Origin: Dehalococcoidia bacterium
GTDB taxonomy: Bacteria; Chloroflexota; Dehalococcoidia; Lucifugimonadales; UBA3495
Reading direction: 5' to 3'
Length of the DNA: 64,000 bases
Assembly: GCA_965203975.1 (NCBI GenBank)
Contig: CBDBDT010000001.1
Span: 56,675 to 120,674 of the forward strand
The position numbers were made by a program, and so were the translations under genes. Shown piece by piece: positions 7,834 to 17,556 of the stretch. Below the pieces are notes generated by a model. The model saw nothing but the letters and a program-made list of their open reading frames with translations, was not told the DNA's origin and did no database searches. The stretch's first letter is position 1, and every line of letters begins with the position of its first letter.

Positions 7834-9125
7834 GCCTGCTGGTCCTAGGGCTGAACCACCGCACCGCGTCCCTGGATGTGCGGGAAAAGCTCACCATCGA
7901 AAGAGAACAACTCTCCCAGGCGCTGGAGCTGCTGGGGGACTACGCGCCCCAGGGGGTGATCCTGTCCACCTGCAACCGGATGGAGGTCTATACCTACGCC
8001 GATGAGCGGTCGGCGGAGGGAATGGGCCTGCCAGCCTACGTGGGAAACTTCCTCAGCGCCATGTCGGGCATCCCGGGCCATGAACTGAGGGAACACTTGT
8101 ACCAGCACCACGAGGATGAGTGCGCCCGGCACCTGTTCCGGGTAACCAGCGGCTTGGACTCTATGGTTGTGGGTGAGCGGCAGATCCTGGGCCAGGTCAG
8201 GACGGCCTTCAGCGTGGCCAGCGATACCGGCAGCGCCCGGGGGCCGCTTTCGGGATTGTTCCACCAGGCGCTGCGAACGGCCAGGCAGGTACACCGGGAG
8301 ACGAACATCGGGAGCCATTCCCGCTCGGTGAGCCAGGCCGCGGTCCAACTGGCCCAGGGAATCCTGGAGGGCCTTTCCGACCGGCGGGTGCTGGTGGTGG
8401 GGGCGGGCGACGCGGGACGGCTGGTGGCGCAGGCCCTGGCCGATGCCGGCGCGCGGAGGATCACTGTGTCCAACCGTACCCAGTGGCGGGCCGAGGAACT
8501 GGCGAAAGAGTTGAGGGGAGTGGCCGCTCCCTTCGAGGACCTGGCCCTGAACCTGGCGGAGGCCGACGTGGTTATCAGCTCCACCGGGTCGCCGGGGTTT
8601 GTGGTGGACCGGAACATGGTCTCTGCCGCGATGCACGGGCGGGATAGGCGGCCGTTGCTGCTGGTGGACATCGCCGTTCCCCGGGACATCGATCCGTCTG
8701 CCGCCGCGCTGGAGGGAGTGGAAGTCTACGACATCGATTCCCTGCAAATGCTGGCGGAAACTTCCCGGGAGAGCATCCAGGACGCATTGCAGAGGTCGGA
8801 GGAAATCGTCGAGGAACGTACGCGGCAGTTCCGGGAATGGTGGGACTCGCTGGACGTGGTCCCGCTAATCGCCTCCATCCGGACCCAGGCCGAAACCATC
8901 CGGCGGCAGGAGGTGGCCAAGACCCTGTCCAGGGCCAGTGGTCGGTGGGAAGGGGACCCGGAGGAATTGGCTGCTCACCTGGATGCCATGACGCAGGCGC
9001 TGGTGAAGAAGCTGCTGCACCAGCCCACCCGGTTCCTCAAGGAAAACCGGGAGGCCGCCTCCCAGAAGCTGGCCCGGCAGATCCTGGACTTCGATGGAGG
9101 GTCGCGAAGGCGTGGCCCCCAGTAG
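7830..9125 (+). CDS. hemA: Glutamyl-tRNA reductase
   Basis: GLNHRTA, LSTCNRME, SGLDSMVVGERQILGQV, DIAVPRD; TTG start overlaps the upstream stop. Confidence 0.95.
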   Translation: MSLLVLGLNHRTASLDVREKLTIEREQLSQALELLGDYAPQGVILSTCNRMEVYTYADERSAEGMGLPAYVGNFLSAMSGIPGHELREHLYQHHEDECARHLFRVTSGLDSMVVGERQILGQVRTAFSVASDTGSARGPLSGLFHQALRTARQVHRETNIGSHSRSVSQAAVQLAQGILEGLSDRRVLVVGAGDAGRLVAQALADAGARRITVSNRTQWRAEELAKELRGVAAPFEDLALNLAEADVVISSTGSPGFVVDRNMVSAAMHGRDRRPLLLVDIAVPRDIDPSAAALEGVEVYDIDSLQMLAETSRESIQDALQRSEEIVEERTRQFREWWDSLDVVPLIASIRTQAETIRRQEVAKTLSRASGRWEGDPEELAAHLDAMTQALVKKLLHQPTRFLKENREAASQKLARQILDFDGGSRRRGPQ

Positions 9126-10035
9126 TCCAGTCCGGGTCGGCACCCGGGGGAGCGCGCTGGCCCTGCGCCAGACGGAACTGGTGGTTGACCTGCTGCGGGA
9201 GGCTCACCCCAACCTATCCTTTGAACCCGTGGTGGTGCGGACGCAGGGAGACGCCAACGCAACTGCGCCCCTGGCGGGAATGGGGCTGGGGGTGTTCGTC
9301 AAGGAAATTGAACAGCAGTTGCTGTCCGGGGAGATTGATCTGGCGGTGCACAGCCTGAAGGACATGCCCACCCAACTGCCGGAGGGCCTGACCATCGGGG
9401 CGATCCTGGAAAGGGAGGACCCCCGGGACGTGCAGGTCAACCGCTGGGGAGTGCCGCTCAGCGAAATTCCGGCCAACTCCCGAATTGGCACGAGCAGTCC
9501 CCGAAGGCAGGCCCAGCTGCGGCGGCTGCATCCCGAGCTGAGGGTGGTCCCACTGCGAGGAAACGTGGAGACACGGCTGCGCAAGTCGGAAGGTGGGGAG
9601 TGCGATGGGGCTATCCTGGCCGCCGCCGGCCTATCCCGGTTGGGCCTCTCTGAACGGATCACCGAGTTCCTGGACCCCCGAGAGTTCGTGCCTCCGCCGG
9701 GGCAGGGAGCGCTGGCGGTGGAGACCAGGGACGGCGACGGGCGGATGCTGGAGCTGTTGTGCCCGGCCGAACATTCTGGCACCAGGTCGGCCGTCACGGC
9801 AGAACGGGCTTTCCTGGAAGTCCTGGGAGGGGGTTGCCAGACCCCGGTGGCCGCCTACGCAACCTACGAAGGAGACAGGCTGGAACTGACGGCTTTCATG
9901 GCGTCTCCATCGGGGGATGAGGCATTTCGCTGCACGATTGAGGGCCCGGCCAACGATCCGAGAGGGCTGGCAGCAGAGGCGTTCCGGGAGTTGGCGGGGC
10001 AGGGGGCGGACAGGCTGGTGGGTGAGGCGGAGTAG
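9112..10035 (+). CDS. hemC: Hydroxymethylbilane synthase
   Basis: GTRGSALALRQT, AVHSLKDMP, GTSSPRR, LGGGCQTP. Confidence 0.95.
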   Translation: MAPSSPVRVGTRGSALALRQTELVVDLLREAHPNLSFEPVVVRTQGDANATAPLAGMGLGVFVKEIEQQLLSGEIDLAVHSLKDMPTQLPEGLTIGAILEREDPRDVQVNRWGVPLSEIPANSRIGTSSPRRQAQLRRLHPELRVVPLRGNVETRLRKSEGGECDGAILAAAGLSRLGLSERITEFLDPREFVPPPGQGALAVETRDGDGRMLELLCPAEHSGTRSAVTAERAFLEVLGGGCQTPVAAYATYEGDRLELTAFMASPSGDEAFRCTIEGPANDPRGLAAEAFRELAGQGADRLVGEAE

Positions 10036-10113
10036 TCGAAGCCAAAAAGTCTGGAGGATAACGAGTTCTGTTCCCGGACCTAAAGCCCATCTCTTGCCAA
10101 TTTGGAGGCAGTT

Positions 10114-10425
10114 ATGCCTGATAGTGTGAGTGTTCCAGAAATTTATGCTGATGTTGTTCATGTGGTGACAACTAACCTGGGCGTTTTCTTGGGCTTCCGT
10201 GCCGTAGCGCCTTTCGATATGGCACATGCAGAAAACGAGGAACCCGAATCTGAAAGCGTGGAGCCGATGCCGTTGAAAGCAATAGTTCGTCTAAGCCAGG
10301 AAGATGCCAAAACTTTTGCCATCATGCTCCGACGGGCTCTAAAGCGATATGAGAGTCAGAACGAAACCATCCAAATACCTGAAGAGTTCACCCAGCTTCT
10401 AGCAGCAGAGAATGATGAATGGTGA
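10114..10425 (+). CDS. Hypothetical acidic protein (DUF3467-like)
   Basis: PEIYAD...AIVRLSQEDAKTF pattern; GGAGG SD; lower GC. Confidence 0.6.
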   Translation: MPDSVSVPEIYADVVHVVTTNLGVFLGFRAVAPFDMAHAENEEPESESVEPMPLKAIVRLSQEDAKTFAIMLRRALKRYESQNETIQIPEEFTQLLAAENDEW

Positions 10426-10774
10426 TGACTATGATGAGGTTCGCATCGGTGAGCTCTGTTTTGGTGTGACCTCCGGTTCAATGAGATATAGCCGCCACTA
10501 TTACCGCAGGCTACAACAGCGTCGTCCGACACCTAACCGTGAAGAGATCAGGTTCCTGTTTTGCGAGGATAGCCCGGAAGTTATCGAGGACTGCCCGAAC
10601 GATTACAGAGGCCCGCGCTGTCTGGTGTGGGGCACAACCAATATTAACGGTCGGGTGGGCCATGTGGTCTGCGGTTATCCCCCGGATTCTCAAGTAATAA
10701 CCGCTTATTTCCCAGCGGAAACCGAGCCCGAGAAGTGGGATGACAATTACCGTATCCGCGTTGGAGGAAGATGA
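10412..10774 (+). CDS. DUF4258-family putative RNase toxin
   Basis: YSRH...EVIEDCPNDYRGPRCLVWG...HVVC...VITAYFP. Confidence 0.75.
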   Translation: MMNGDDYDEVRIGELCFGVTSGSMRYSRHYYRRLQQRRPTPNREEIRFLFCEDSPEVIEDCPNDYRGPRCLVWGTTNINGRVGHVVCGYPPDSQVITAYFPAETEPEKWDDNYRIRVGGR

Positions 10775-11280
10775 CAATGAATTGCTTTTATTGCAGAGGA
10801 GTCGACACGATAGAGCAGACGACCACCCGGTTCTGTGCCTATGACACGGATACGCCGTTCTTGGTTGAAAACGTGCCTGCTTCCGTGTGCCTTCTGTGTG
10901 GTGACGAATCCTACAAAGGGGATACCCTAGACACTTTGGAAGAAATCAAAAACGGCACCTTCCAGCCCCAAGGGTTCAGGGTTTTTCAGGTGTTCGACTT
11001 TGAAGACCTAAAACGCCCCCCGGATGAAGGAATAGGACTTGGGAGGACTCACCCCGTCAACCGTGATTTCGTAAGTGGTTACTTGCAACAGAATTGGACA
11101 ACCCTTTTACATGGCATGTCCGGTTGGGGGTGGGGGGTTATGCCAGCGCGGGATCTCAGAGGAATTTGGATACATATTGAGCCAGACTTTTCGGATAGTA
11201 TTTTTAAGGAAAAGGAATATGCAACAATGTCATATCACATTGATAAGTCCAGACAACTGGCTGGGCTACAAGACCGGTAA
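10771..11280 (+). CDS. YgiT/MqsA-type zinc-finger protein, putative antitoxin, with C-terminal extension
   Basis: MNCFYCRG...VENVPASVCLLCGDESY; ATGA overlap with the DUF4258 gene. Confidence 0.75.
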   Translation: MTMNCFYCRGVDTIEQTTTRFCAYDTDTPFLVENVPASVCLLCGDESYKGDTLDTLEEIKNGTFQPQGFRVFQVFDFEDLKRPPDEGIGLGRTHPVNRDFVSGYLQQNWTTLLHGMSGWGWGVMPARDLRGIWIHIEPDFSDSIFKEKEYATMSYHIDKSRQLAGLQDR

Positions 11281-11298
11281 TTGGCGATTTCCACTGTC

Positions 11299-12825
11299 AT
11301 GGCAGGCAAAGTTTACCTGGTTGGGGCCGGGCCGGGAGACCCGGGTCTGATCACCGTCAAGGGGATGCGCTGTTTGCAGAGGGCCCAGGTGGTGGTCTAC
11401 GACCGGCTGATGGACCCGGTGCTGCTGGACTTGGCTCCGGCGGGCGCCGAGCGGGTGTTCGTCGGGAAGGAGCGGGGACGTCAGGCCCTCACCCAGGACG
11501 AGATCAACGCTCTCCTGGTGGAGCAGGGTCAGGCTGGGAAGGTGGTTGTCCGCTTGAAGGGGGGAGACCCCTTCGTGTTCGGGAGAGGCGGCGAGGAAGC
11601 CCTAGCCCTGGCGGAAAGCGGGGTGCCCTTCGAGGTAGTTCCCGGGATCACTTCGGCAGTAGCCGCCGCCGCATACGCTGGCATCCCCGTGACCCACCGC
11701 CGGGTTTCCACCTGCTTCACCGTGGTCAGCGGCAGCGAAGACCCTTCCAAACCGGAGTCGGCAATCCCCTGGGACATTCTGGCCAATACCGGCGGGACGC
11801 TGGTCGTCCTGATGGGCTGGGCCGCGCTGGCGTCCATCATGGAAACCCTCCAGGAGAAGGGGATGGACCCGGGAACGCCGGTGGCCTTGGTGCAGTGGGG
11901 AACGTGGTCTCGGCAGAAGACAGTGACCGGGGATCTGACCGACGTGGTGGAAAAGGGCAGGGCGGCCGGGATCAGGCCTCCGGTCATCGCCATCATGGGG
12001 CCGGTGGTCGGCCTGCGGGAGCGGGTCCGGTGGTTCGACAACCGTCCGCTGTTCGGCAAGAAGGTGCTGATCACCCGGTCCAGGACGCAGGCTTCCAATC
12101 TGCGGAGCCAACTGGAGGAACTGGGCGCGGATATCATCGAGTTGCCTTCCATCGAGATTGCGCCGCTGGAAGACTACGGCGATCTGGACGCCTCGATTGA
12201 GGGGCTGGGGGAGCCGGGTTGGGTCATCTTCGCCAGCGTCAACGGTGTGGAGTCGGTGTTCCAGCGCCTCCACAAGAAGGGGAAGGATGCGCGGGCGCTG
12301 TCCGGCGTCACCGTGGGGGCCATCGGGCCGGCGACCAGGCGGGCGCTGGAGGAACGGGGCATCGTTCCCGATTTCGTTCCGGCCAGGTCGGTTTCTGAGT
12401 CGGTAGTCGAGGAATTATCGTCGAGGGACTGGAAGGACGTTCCTGTATTGCTTCCCGGATCGAACATCGGCCGAGACGTTCTCGCCCAGGGTCTCTCCGA
12501 GTTGGGCGCCCGGGTGGAGCGGGTGGCGGCCTACCGGACAGTCACTCCAAAAGACGCGGCAGAGCAGGCTAGAACCGCGTTGTCAGCAGGTGTTGACGTG
12601 GTGACGTTCACGAGTTCGTCCACGGTGAACAACCTGCTGGACATCCTCGGCGGCGAAAAGCAATACTTGGAAGAGGCTCTAGTAGCATGCATCGGGCCTA
12701 TCACCGCCGCGGCGGCGCGGGAACAGGGGTTGCGGGTGGACTTGGAAGCGGAGCAGCCCACGGTGGAAGGTCTGGTGGAGGCGTTGGCCCTTCACTTCGG
12801 CGCGGCAGCCTCCGCGAACCGGTAG
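11299..12825 (+). CDS. cobA: Uroporphyrinogen-III methyltransferase/synthase fusion (CobA-HemD)
   Basis: VYLVGAGPGDPGLIT, RLKGGDPFVFGRGGEE; C-terminal HemD domain (TFTSSSTV, ACIGPIT). Confidence 0.95.
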   Translation: MAGKVYLVGAGPGDPGLITVKGMRCLQRAQVVVYDRLMDPVLLDLAPAGAERVFVGKERGRQALTQDEINALLVEQGQAGKVVVRLKGGDPFVFGRGGEEALALAESGVPFEVVPGITSAVAAAAYAGIPVTHRRVSTCFTVVSGSEDPSKPESAIPWDILANTGGTLVVLMGWAALASIMETLQEKGMDPGTPVALVQWGTWSRQKTVTGDLTDVVEKGRAAGIRPPVIAIMGPVVGLRERVRWFDNRPLFGKKVLITRSRTQASNLRSQLEELGADIIELPSIEIAPLEDYGDLDASIEGLGEPGWVIFASVNGVESVFQRLHKKGKDARALSGVTVGAIGPATRRALEERGIVPDFVPARSVSESVVEELSSRDWKDVPVLLPGSNIGRDVLAQGLSELGARVERVAAYRTVTPKDAAEQARTALSAGVDVVTFTSSSTVNNLLDILGGEKQYLEEALVACIGPITAAAAREQGLRVDLEAEQPTVEGLVEALALHFGAAASANR

Positions 12826-12940
12826 CGGGGCCTTTTCCGGGTAAAGTCTTGCTAGGACCAGGGTGCAGGACGGGATTTTGAGCCGGGGAATGGTCTCCCC
12901 GGGCTGCGGGACAGTCCCATGATTGAAGGAGAACGTAAAA

Positions 12941-13918
12941 ATGCTTGGCTTTCCTGATGTAAGGCTGCGCCGAGTGCGCGAATCGGCCACGATGCGTTCG
13001 CTGGTGCGGGAGACCCGTTTGTCCGCGTCCCACTTCATCTATCCCCTCTTTGTCACCCACGGGGAAGGGGTCAGGGATCCCATAGAGCCGATGCCGGGGT
13101 GCTTCCACCTGTCCCTGGACCTGCTGGCCGACGAGGCGCGGGAGATAGCCTCGCTGGGCATTCCGGGCGTGCTGCTGTTCGGGCTGCCGCCGGAAAAGGA
13201 CCCGGTCGGATCGGGAGCATACGATCCGGAAGGAATCGTGCAGGAAGCGATCCGGGTCATCAAGGAGGCAGCGCCCTCCCTGATGGTGATTGGAGACGTC
13301 TGCCTCTGCGAGTACACCGACCACGGGCATTGCGGGGTCATCGACGACGGCCGGGTGGACAACGACAAGACCCTGGAATTGCTGGCCAAAACCGCGCTGG
13401 CCCAGGTGCAGGCGGGCGCGGACATGGTGGCGCCTTCGTCGATGATGGACGGGCAGGTGCGGGTCATCCGCGAAACCCTGGATGCGGCGGATGAGCAGGA
13501 TGTTCCCATCATGGGGTATGCGGCCAAGTACGCATCATCCTTCTACGGCCCGTTTCGGGTGGCGGCGGATTCGACGCCCCAGTTCGGAGACCGGCGCAGC
13601 TACCAGATGGACCCGGCCAACGCGCGCATGGCGCTTCGGGAAATCGAGACGGACATCGCCGAGGGCGCGGATATCGTGATGGTGAAGCCGGCCCTGGCCT
13701 ACCTGGACGTTATCCGGCAGGCGCGGGAGCGGTTCGATTATCCGCTGGCCGCGTACAACGTCAGCGGCGAATACTCGATGGTCAAGGCGGCGTCGCAGCT
13801 GGGCTGGGTTGACGAGCAGCCCGTGACGATGGAGCTTCTGACAGCCATCCGGCGGGCGGGCGCCGACATAACCATCAGCTACCATGCCAAGCAGGTGGCC
13901 CGCTGGCTGCGGGAGTAG
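12941..13918 (+). CDS. hemB: Porphobilinogen synthase (Zn-type)
   Basis: DVCLCEYTDHGHCG, MVKP, AYNVSGEY. Confidence 0.95.
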   Translation: MLGFPDVRLRRVRESATMRSLVRETRLSASHFIYPLFVTHGEGVRDPIEPMPGCFHLSLDLLADEAREIASLGIPGVLLFGLPPEKDPVGSGAYDPEGIVQEAIRVIKEAAPSLMVIGDVCLCEYTDHGHCGVIDDGRVDNDKTLELLAKTALAQVQAGADMVAPSSMMDGQVRVIRETLDAADEQDVPIMGYAAKYASSFYGPFRVAADSTPQFGDRRSYQMDPANARMALREIETDIAEGADIVMVKPALAYLDVIRQARERFDYPLAAYNVSGEYSMVKAASQLGWVDEQPVTMELLTAIRRAGADITISYHAKQVARWLRE

Positions 13919-13932
13919 GGGCGAGGACAATA

Positions 13933-14511
13933 ATGATTACCAGGCAAGTAGCCGGTGAAATAGGAGAATTGCACGTATTCCGCGAACTGCTAAAGCTTGG
14001 CATCGCCGTTTACCGCCCCTTGGTGGACGAAGGATTGGATGCCCTGCTGAGGCTCCCGGACGGCAAGGTAATCGAGATACAAATCAAATCAGCGGGCGGG
14101 TCAGGTGGTAAACACCCGCGCTGGTTTCAGATGCCTTCCTTTGACCCCAGAGCGAATTTCTTCATTTTGGGCGTCACATTCGTGGAGGACGAAGTTGTAG
14201 AGGTGTGGGTGTTCCCTTCAATGGTTTTCCACGCCTACGCGTCTGGCGCCAACGACAAAATCCGTGACCTAGACCTGGAGTCCGGGGTCAGGAAATACGG
14301 TGAACCGTTGCGGGAGTACCTGCGAGGATTCAGAAACCGATGGGAACTGATTGTGGGTTATGACCACTACCGGGATTTAATGAATTCTCCGGAAGGGTAC
14401 AAGGACTTGGAGGACATCGTGACCGCCCTGGACTCCTTCGAAGAACCGGAGGAAGGCAAGGTCGCATGGGAAGAATATGCCTCCAGCATCCCCGATGCCC
14501 TATCGGATTAG
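13933..14511 (+). CDS. PD-(D/E)xK nuclease-fold protein with antitoxin-like acidic C-terminus
   Basis: GE...VDEGLD...IEIQIKS motif; tail LEDIVTALDSFEEPEEGKVAWEEY. Confidence 0.65.
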   Translation: MITRQVAGEIGELHVFRELLKLGIAVYRPLVDEGLDALLRLPDGKVIEIQIKSAGGSGGKHPRWFQMPSFDPRANFFILGVTFVEDEVVEVWVFPSMVFHAYASGANDKIRDLDLESGVRKYGEPLREYLRGFRNRWELIVGYDHYRDLMNSPEGYKDLEDIVTALDSFEEPEEGKVAWEEYASSIPDALSD

Positions 14512-14767
14512 ACCCCTGAGCAGCAGCGTAAACCGGGCGCTTCGCAGAATTCATCCCGTACATCAGCGGCGCATCATAAACACAATTGAGGCCCTAGCCA
14601 GTAACCCAAGACCCAACGGCGCCATACAGTTACGTCCGGCGCTTTATCGGATCCGCGTAGGCTCCTATCGAGTCGTTTACCGGATCAACGATGAGGAACG
14701 CTGGATAGAGTTTGGCCGAATCGATATCCGTGGAGAAACCACTTACCGGGACTTGGGCAGTTTGTAA
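14495..14767 (+). CDS. RelE/ParE-family toxin
   Basis: LASNPRPNGAIQL...YRIRVGSYRVVYRI. Confidence 0.85.
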   Translation: MPYRIRPLSSSVNRALRRIHPVHQRRIINTIEALASNPRPNGAIQLRPALYRIRVGSYRVVYRINDEERWIEFGRIDIRGETTYRDLGSL

Positions 14768-14809
14768 ACCCATACACGCCCAATCAAATCCTGCACGAAA
14801 AGAGGCCCG

Positions 14810-16102
14810 ATGAACCAACCCAATTCTGAACGATTATTTTCTCAGGCCCAGCAGTACATCCCAGGTGGGGTCAACAGCCCGGTACGGTCATTCCGGGCGG
14901 TTGAGGGAACGCCGCCGTTCATTGCCCGGGGGCAGGGCAGCCGGGTCTGGGACGTGGACGGCAACGAGTACATTGACTACGTCTGCTCGTGGGGTCCTCT
15001 GGCCTTGGGCCATGCCCATCCGGCAGTGGTCGAGGCGCTGCGGGAAGCCGCCGGGAACGGCACGAGCTTCGGCGCTCCCACCGAGAGGGAGGTGGAGCTG
15101 GCCCGGATGATATGCGAGGCGCTGCCGTCGGTGGACAGCGTACGGCTGGTTAGCTCCGGGACGGAGGCGTGCATGAGCGCCATCCGTCTGGCCCGGGCGT
15201 ACACGGGCCGCAGCAAGATTATCAAGTTCGCGGGCTGCTACCACGGTCACGCCGACGGGTTGCTGGTGCGGGCCGGGTCGGGGGCGATGACCCACGGCGT
15301 TCCCACCAGCGCGGGCGTGCCGGAGTCCTACGCTCAGGAAACCCTGGTGGCCGACTACAACGACCTGGCGTCGGTGGAGCGGTATTTCGGGGAGTACCCG
15401 GGTGACGTGGCCGGCGTCATCGTGGAGCCGGTGGCGGGGAACATGGGAGTGGTCCCCCCGGCGGAGGGTTTCCTGGAGGGGCTGCGGCGGGGGACCCGGG
15501 ACAACGGGGCGGCTCTAATCTTCGACGAGGTGATTACCGGCTTCCGGGTTGCCTACGGCGGGGCGCAGACGCTGTATGGGATCACCCCGGACATAACCTG
15601 CCTGGGAAAGATTATTGGTGGCGGGCTGCCCGTGGGCGCCTACGGCGGGCGGCGGGAGATCATGGAGCAGGTGGCTCCGCTGGGGCCGATGTACCAGGCG
15701 GGCACCCTGTCCGGCAACCCGCTGGCGGTCACGGCTGGCATCACCACGTTGAGAGAGTTGCAGAAGCCGGGGGTCTACGAGGGGCTGGACGCATTGGCGC
15801 AGCGCCTCACCGACGGCATTGAAGGGGTTTTCCAGCGGGCCGAGGTCCCCGGGAGCATCAACCGGGTGCAGTCCATGTTCACCGGGTTCTTCACCGGCGG
15901 CCCGGTGGAAGCGCTGGCCCAGGTGGAGCAGTCCGATGCCGGACAGTACGGAAGATACTTCCACGCCATGCTGGAGCGGGGCGTCTATTTCGCTCCGTCC
16001 CAGTTCGAGGCAGGGTTCGTATCCACCGCCCATACGGAAGAGGACATCGACCGGACGATAGAGGCGGCGGAGGCGGCTTTGGGGGAACTGGAGATTACCT
16101 GA
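14810..16102 (+). CDS. hemL: Glutamate-1-semialdehyde 2,1-aminomutase
   Basis: [38 protein letters not shown]. Confidence 0.95.
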   Translation: MNQPNSERLFSQAQQYIPGGVNSPVRSFRAVEGTPPFIARGQGSRVWDVDGNEYIDYVCSWGPLALGHAHPAVVEALREAAGNGTSFGAPTEREVELARMICEALPSVDSVRLVSSGTEACMSAIRLARAYTGRSKIIKFAGCYHGHADGLLVRAGSGAMTHGVPTSAGVPESYAQETLVADYNDLASVERYFGEYPGDVAGVIVEPVAGNMGVVPPAEGFLEGLRRGTRDNGAALIFDEVITGFRVAYGGAQTLYGITPDITCLGKIIGGGLPVGAYGGRREIMEQVAPLGPMYQAGTLSGNPLAVTAGITTLRELQKPGVYEGLDALAQRLTDGIEGVFQRAEVPGSINRVQSMFTGFFTGGPVEALAQVEQSDAGQYGRYFHAMLERGVYFAPSQFEAGFVSTAHTEEDIDRTIEAAEAALGELEIT

Positions 16103-16608
16103 TGTCCACCGAACTTGCCAACCGGCATTCCGAGATGAGCCTCCGGCTGCTCCAGCAAGCGCACTACGAGTTGGAGCAAAAGGCCGATCGGGTGCAGGCT
16201 TCTGAGAAAGCGGCGGGGGCGGTGGCCCATGCCATCAAAGCTATTGCCGAAGACCGACAGTGGCGGCACGGTTCCCACAACCTGCGGCGGGAGGTTATGG
16301 CGTTGATGGCTGCCGAGTATGGCAATCCCGCGTTGGGGATCCTCCAGCAGTACGCCGATGAGTTGCATGGCAACTTCTACGAGGACCGTCTGCATGACTG
16401 GCACTTGAGGTTGAAATTGGCTGACGTGACCGGACTGTTGGAGTTCCTGCTAGATGCGCGGGAGCGGGGACCGAATCCCGATTTCGTTCCCTCCGCTGAC
16501 CAGCAGCAGTCAATTGACAGGCTTCGGTTGAGCGAGGAGGAAGCGTCGGTCGATCCCCTCATAGACTATCCGCCGCCGATGCCTCCGTTCGTGGCGCCTG
16601 AGGGGTAG
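16102..16608 (+). CDS. PaREP1/HEPN-like protein
   Basis: QASEKAAGAVAHAIKA...LHGNFYE signature. Confidence 0.75.
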   Translation: MSTELANRHSEMSLRLLQQAHYELEQKADRVQASEKAAGAVAHAIKAIAEDRQWRHGSHNLRREVMALMAAEYGNPALGILQQYADELHGNFYEDRLHDWHLRLKLADVTGLLEFLLDARERGPNPDFVPSADQQQSIDRLRLSEEEASVDPLIDYPPPMPPFVAPEG

Positions 16609-16634
16609 GGGTAAGCATCCCCCCTGGCAAAAGT

Positions 16635-16664
16635 AAAGGGCGGGCCTACAGACCCGCCCCTGTT
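16635..16664. terminator. Probable bidirectional terminator
   Basis: aaagggcggg-cctacaga-cccgcccc-tgtt between convergent genes. Confidence 0.55.
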
Positions 16665-16690
16665 CTGGTTCCTTTGCCTTCGCTGGGAGG

Positions 16691-17140
16691 TTAGGCGCCG
16701 TAGCGGACGGCGGCGTTGGGGTCGCTGTACTCGACGCCCTTGGTGGCCCAAAAGGCCGTGGCGATGTCGTCAACGGCGGCGACCAGGTTCTCGGCGTTTT
16801 CCATGCTGACGGTCTGCTTGCACTGTCCGGCCAGCTTGAGGGCGGCGTTGAACTTGGCGGCGATTTCATTGGCGTCGGTGTTGGGCCAGGTGTAGTCGGC
16901 CCAGAGGACACGCAGTTCATGCTTGCACAGCTCGGCATGCTGTTCCTTGACCGCCACGTAGCGGGACATGGTGTTGGCGGTTCCTGCGTCGTGGCCGTGC
17001 TCGAGAGCCTCGATCCGGAGCACCATTTTCTGGACCGTCTGGGCCGCAATCTTGGCCGAGATGGGGTCGTAAATTCCGCAGGGGATGTCACAGTGGGCGT
17101 AAGCCTTCTGTACCTTCAACCAGCGCAGCGGGTTAATCAT
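16691..17140 (-). CDS. sodN: Nickel superoxide dismutase precursor
   Basis: Ni-hook HCDIPCGIYDP after a 15-aa leader. Confidence 0.95.
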   Translation of the reverse strand: MINPLRWLKVQKAYAHCDIPCGIYDPISAKIAAQTVQKMVLRIEALEHGHDAGTANTMSRYVAVKEQHAELCKHELRVLWADYTWPNTDANEIAAKFNAALKLAGQCKQTVSMENAENLVAAVDDIATAFWATKGVEYSDPNAAVRYGA

Positions 17141-17158
17141 TCGTTGCCTTCCTCCTAG

Positions 17159-17280
17159 TCTGAGTGTCGCCGCCTTCCCCCAAAGCCCGCCCCTTCGCGC
17201 CCAATTCAGGTTACTTGTCCAGGGGTGTAGGGAGGGTGGGTCACCGGGTGGGTTTTCAAAGGCCGGCTTGGCGGCTCCGT
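17159..17280 (-). ncRNA. Candidate novel cis-regulatory RNA motif, copy 3 (sodN leader, with insertions)
   Basis: Blocks ACGGAGCCGCCAAGC, CCCCTGGACAAGTAACCTG and AAGGCGGCGACACTCAG in the same order as the other copies. Confidence 0.6.
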
Positions 17281-17299
17281 GTGTTGAATGGGCAGCCCA

Positions 17300-17328
17300 A
17301 GGTTACAAGAAAAGGGGATTGGGCGCAA
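17300..17328 (-). promoter_or_regulatory. Putative sodN promoter
   Basis: TTGCGC-N17-TAACCT on the minus strand, just upstream of the leader motif. Confidence 0.5.
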
Positions 17329-17556
17329 GTACGAAATCTCCGATTAGCGTAAACCGAGGGCGTTACGGCCGCCCGAATCCTCTTTGGCGTTGGGTTGACC
17401 CGCAAGTCCCCGCCGCTTCCTGGCGGGTGGTTCACTGGTTCGACACGGCTGCCGCCAGCGGGTATTATCAGGGGCGGGCCGGAGGGAGCATTCCGCCGCC
17501 ATCCGGGGATCTGAACAAAGGTCTGAATACATTCAAGAATACAAGGAGGCGCAGTC

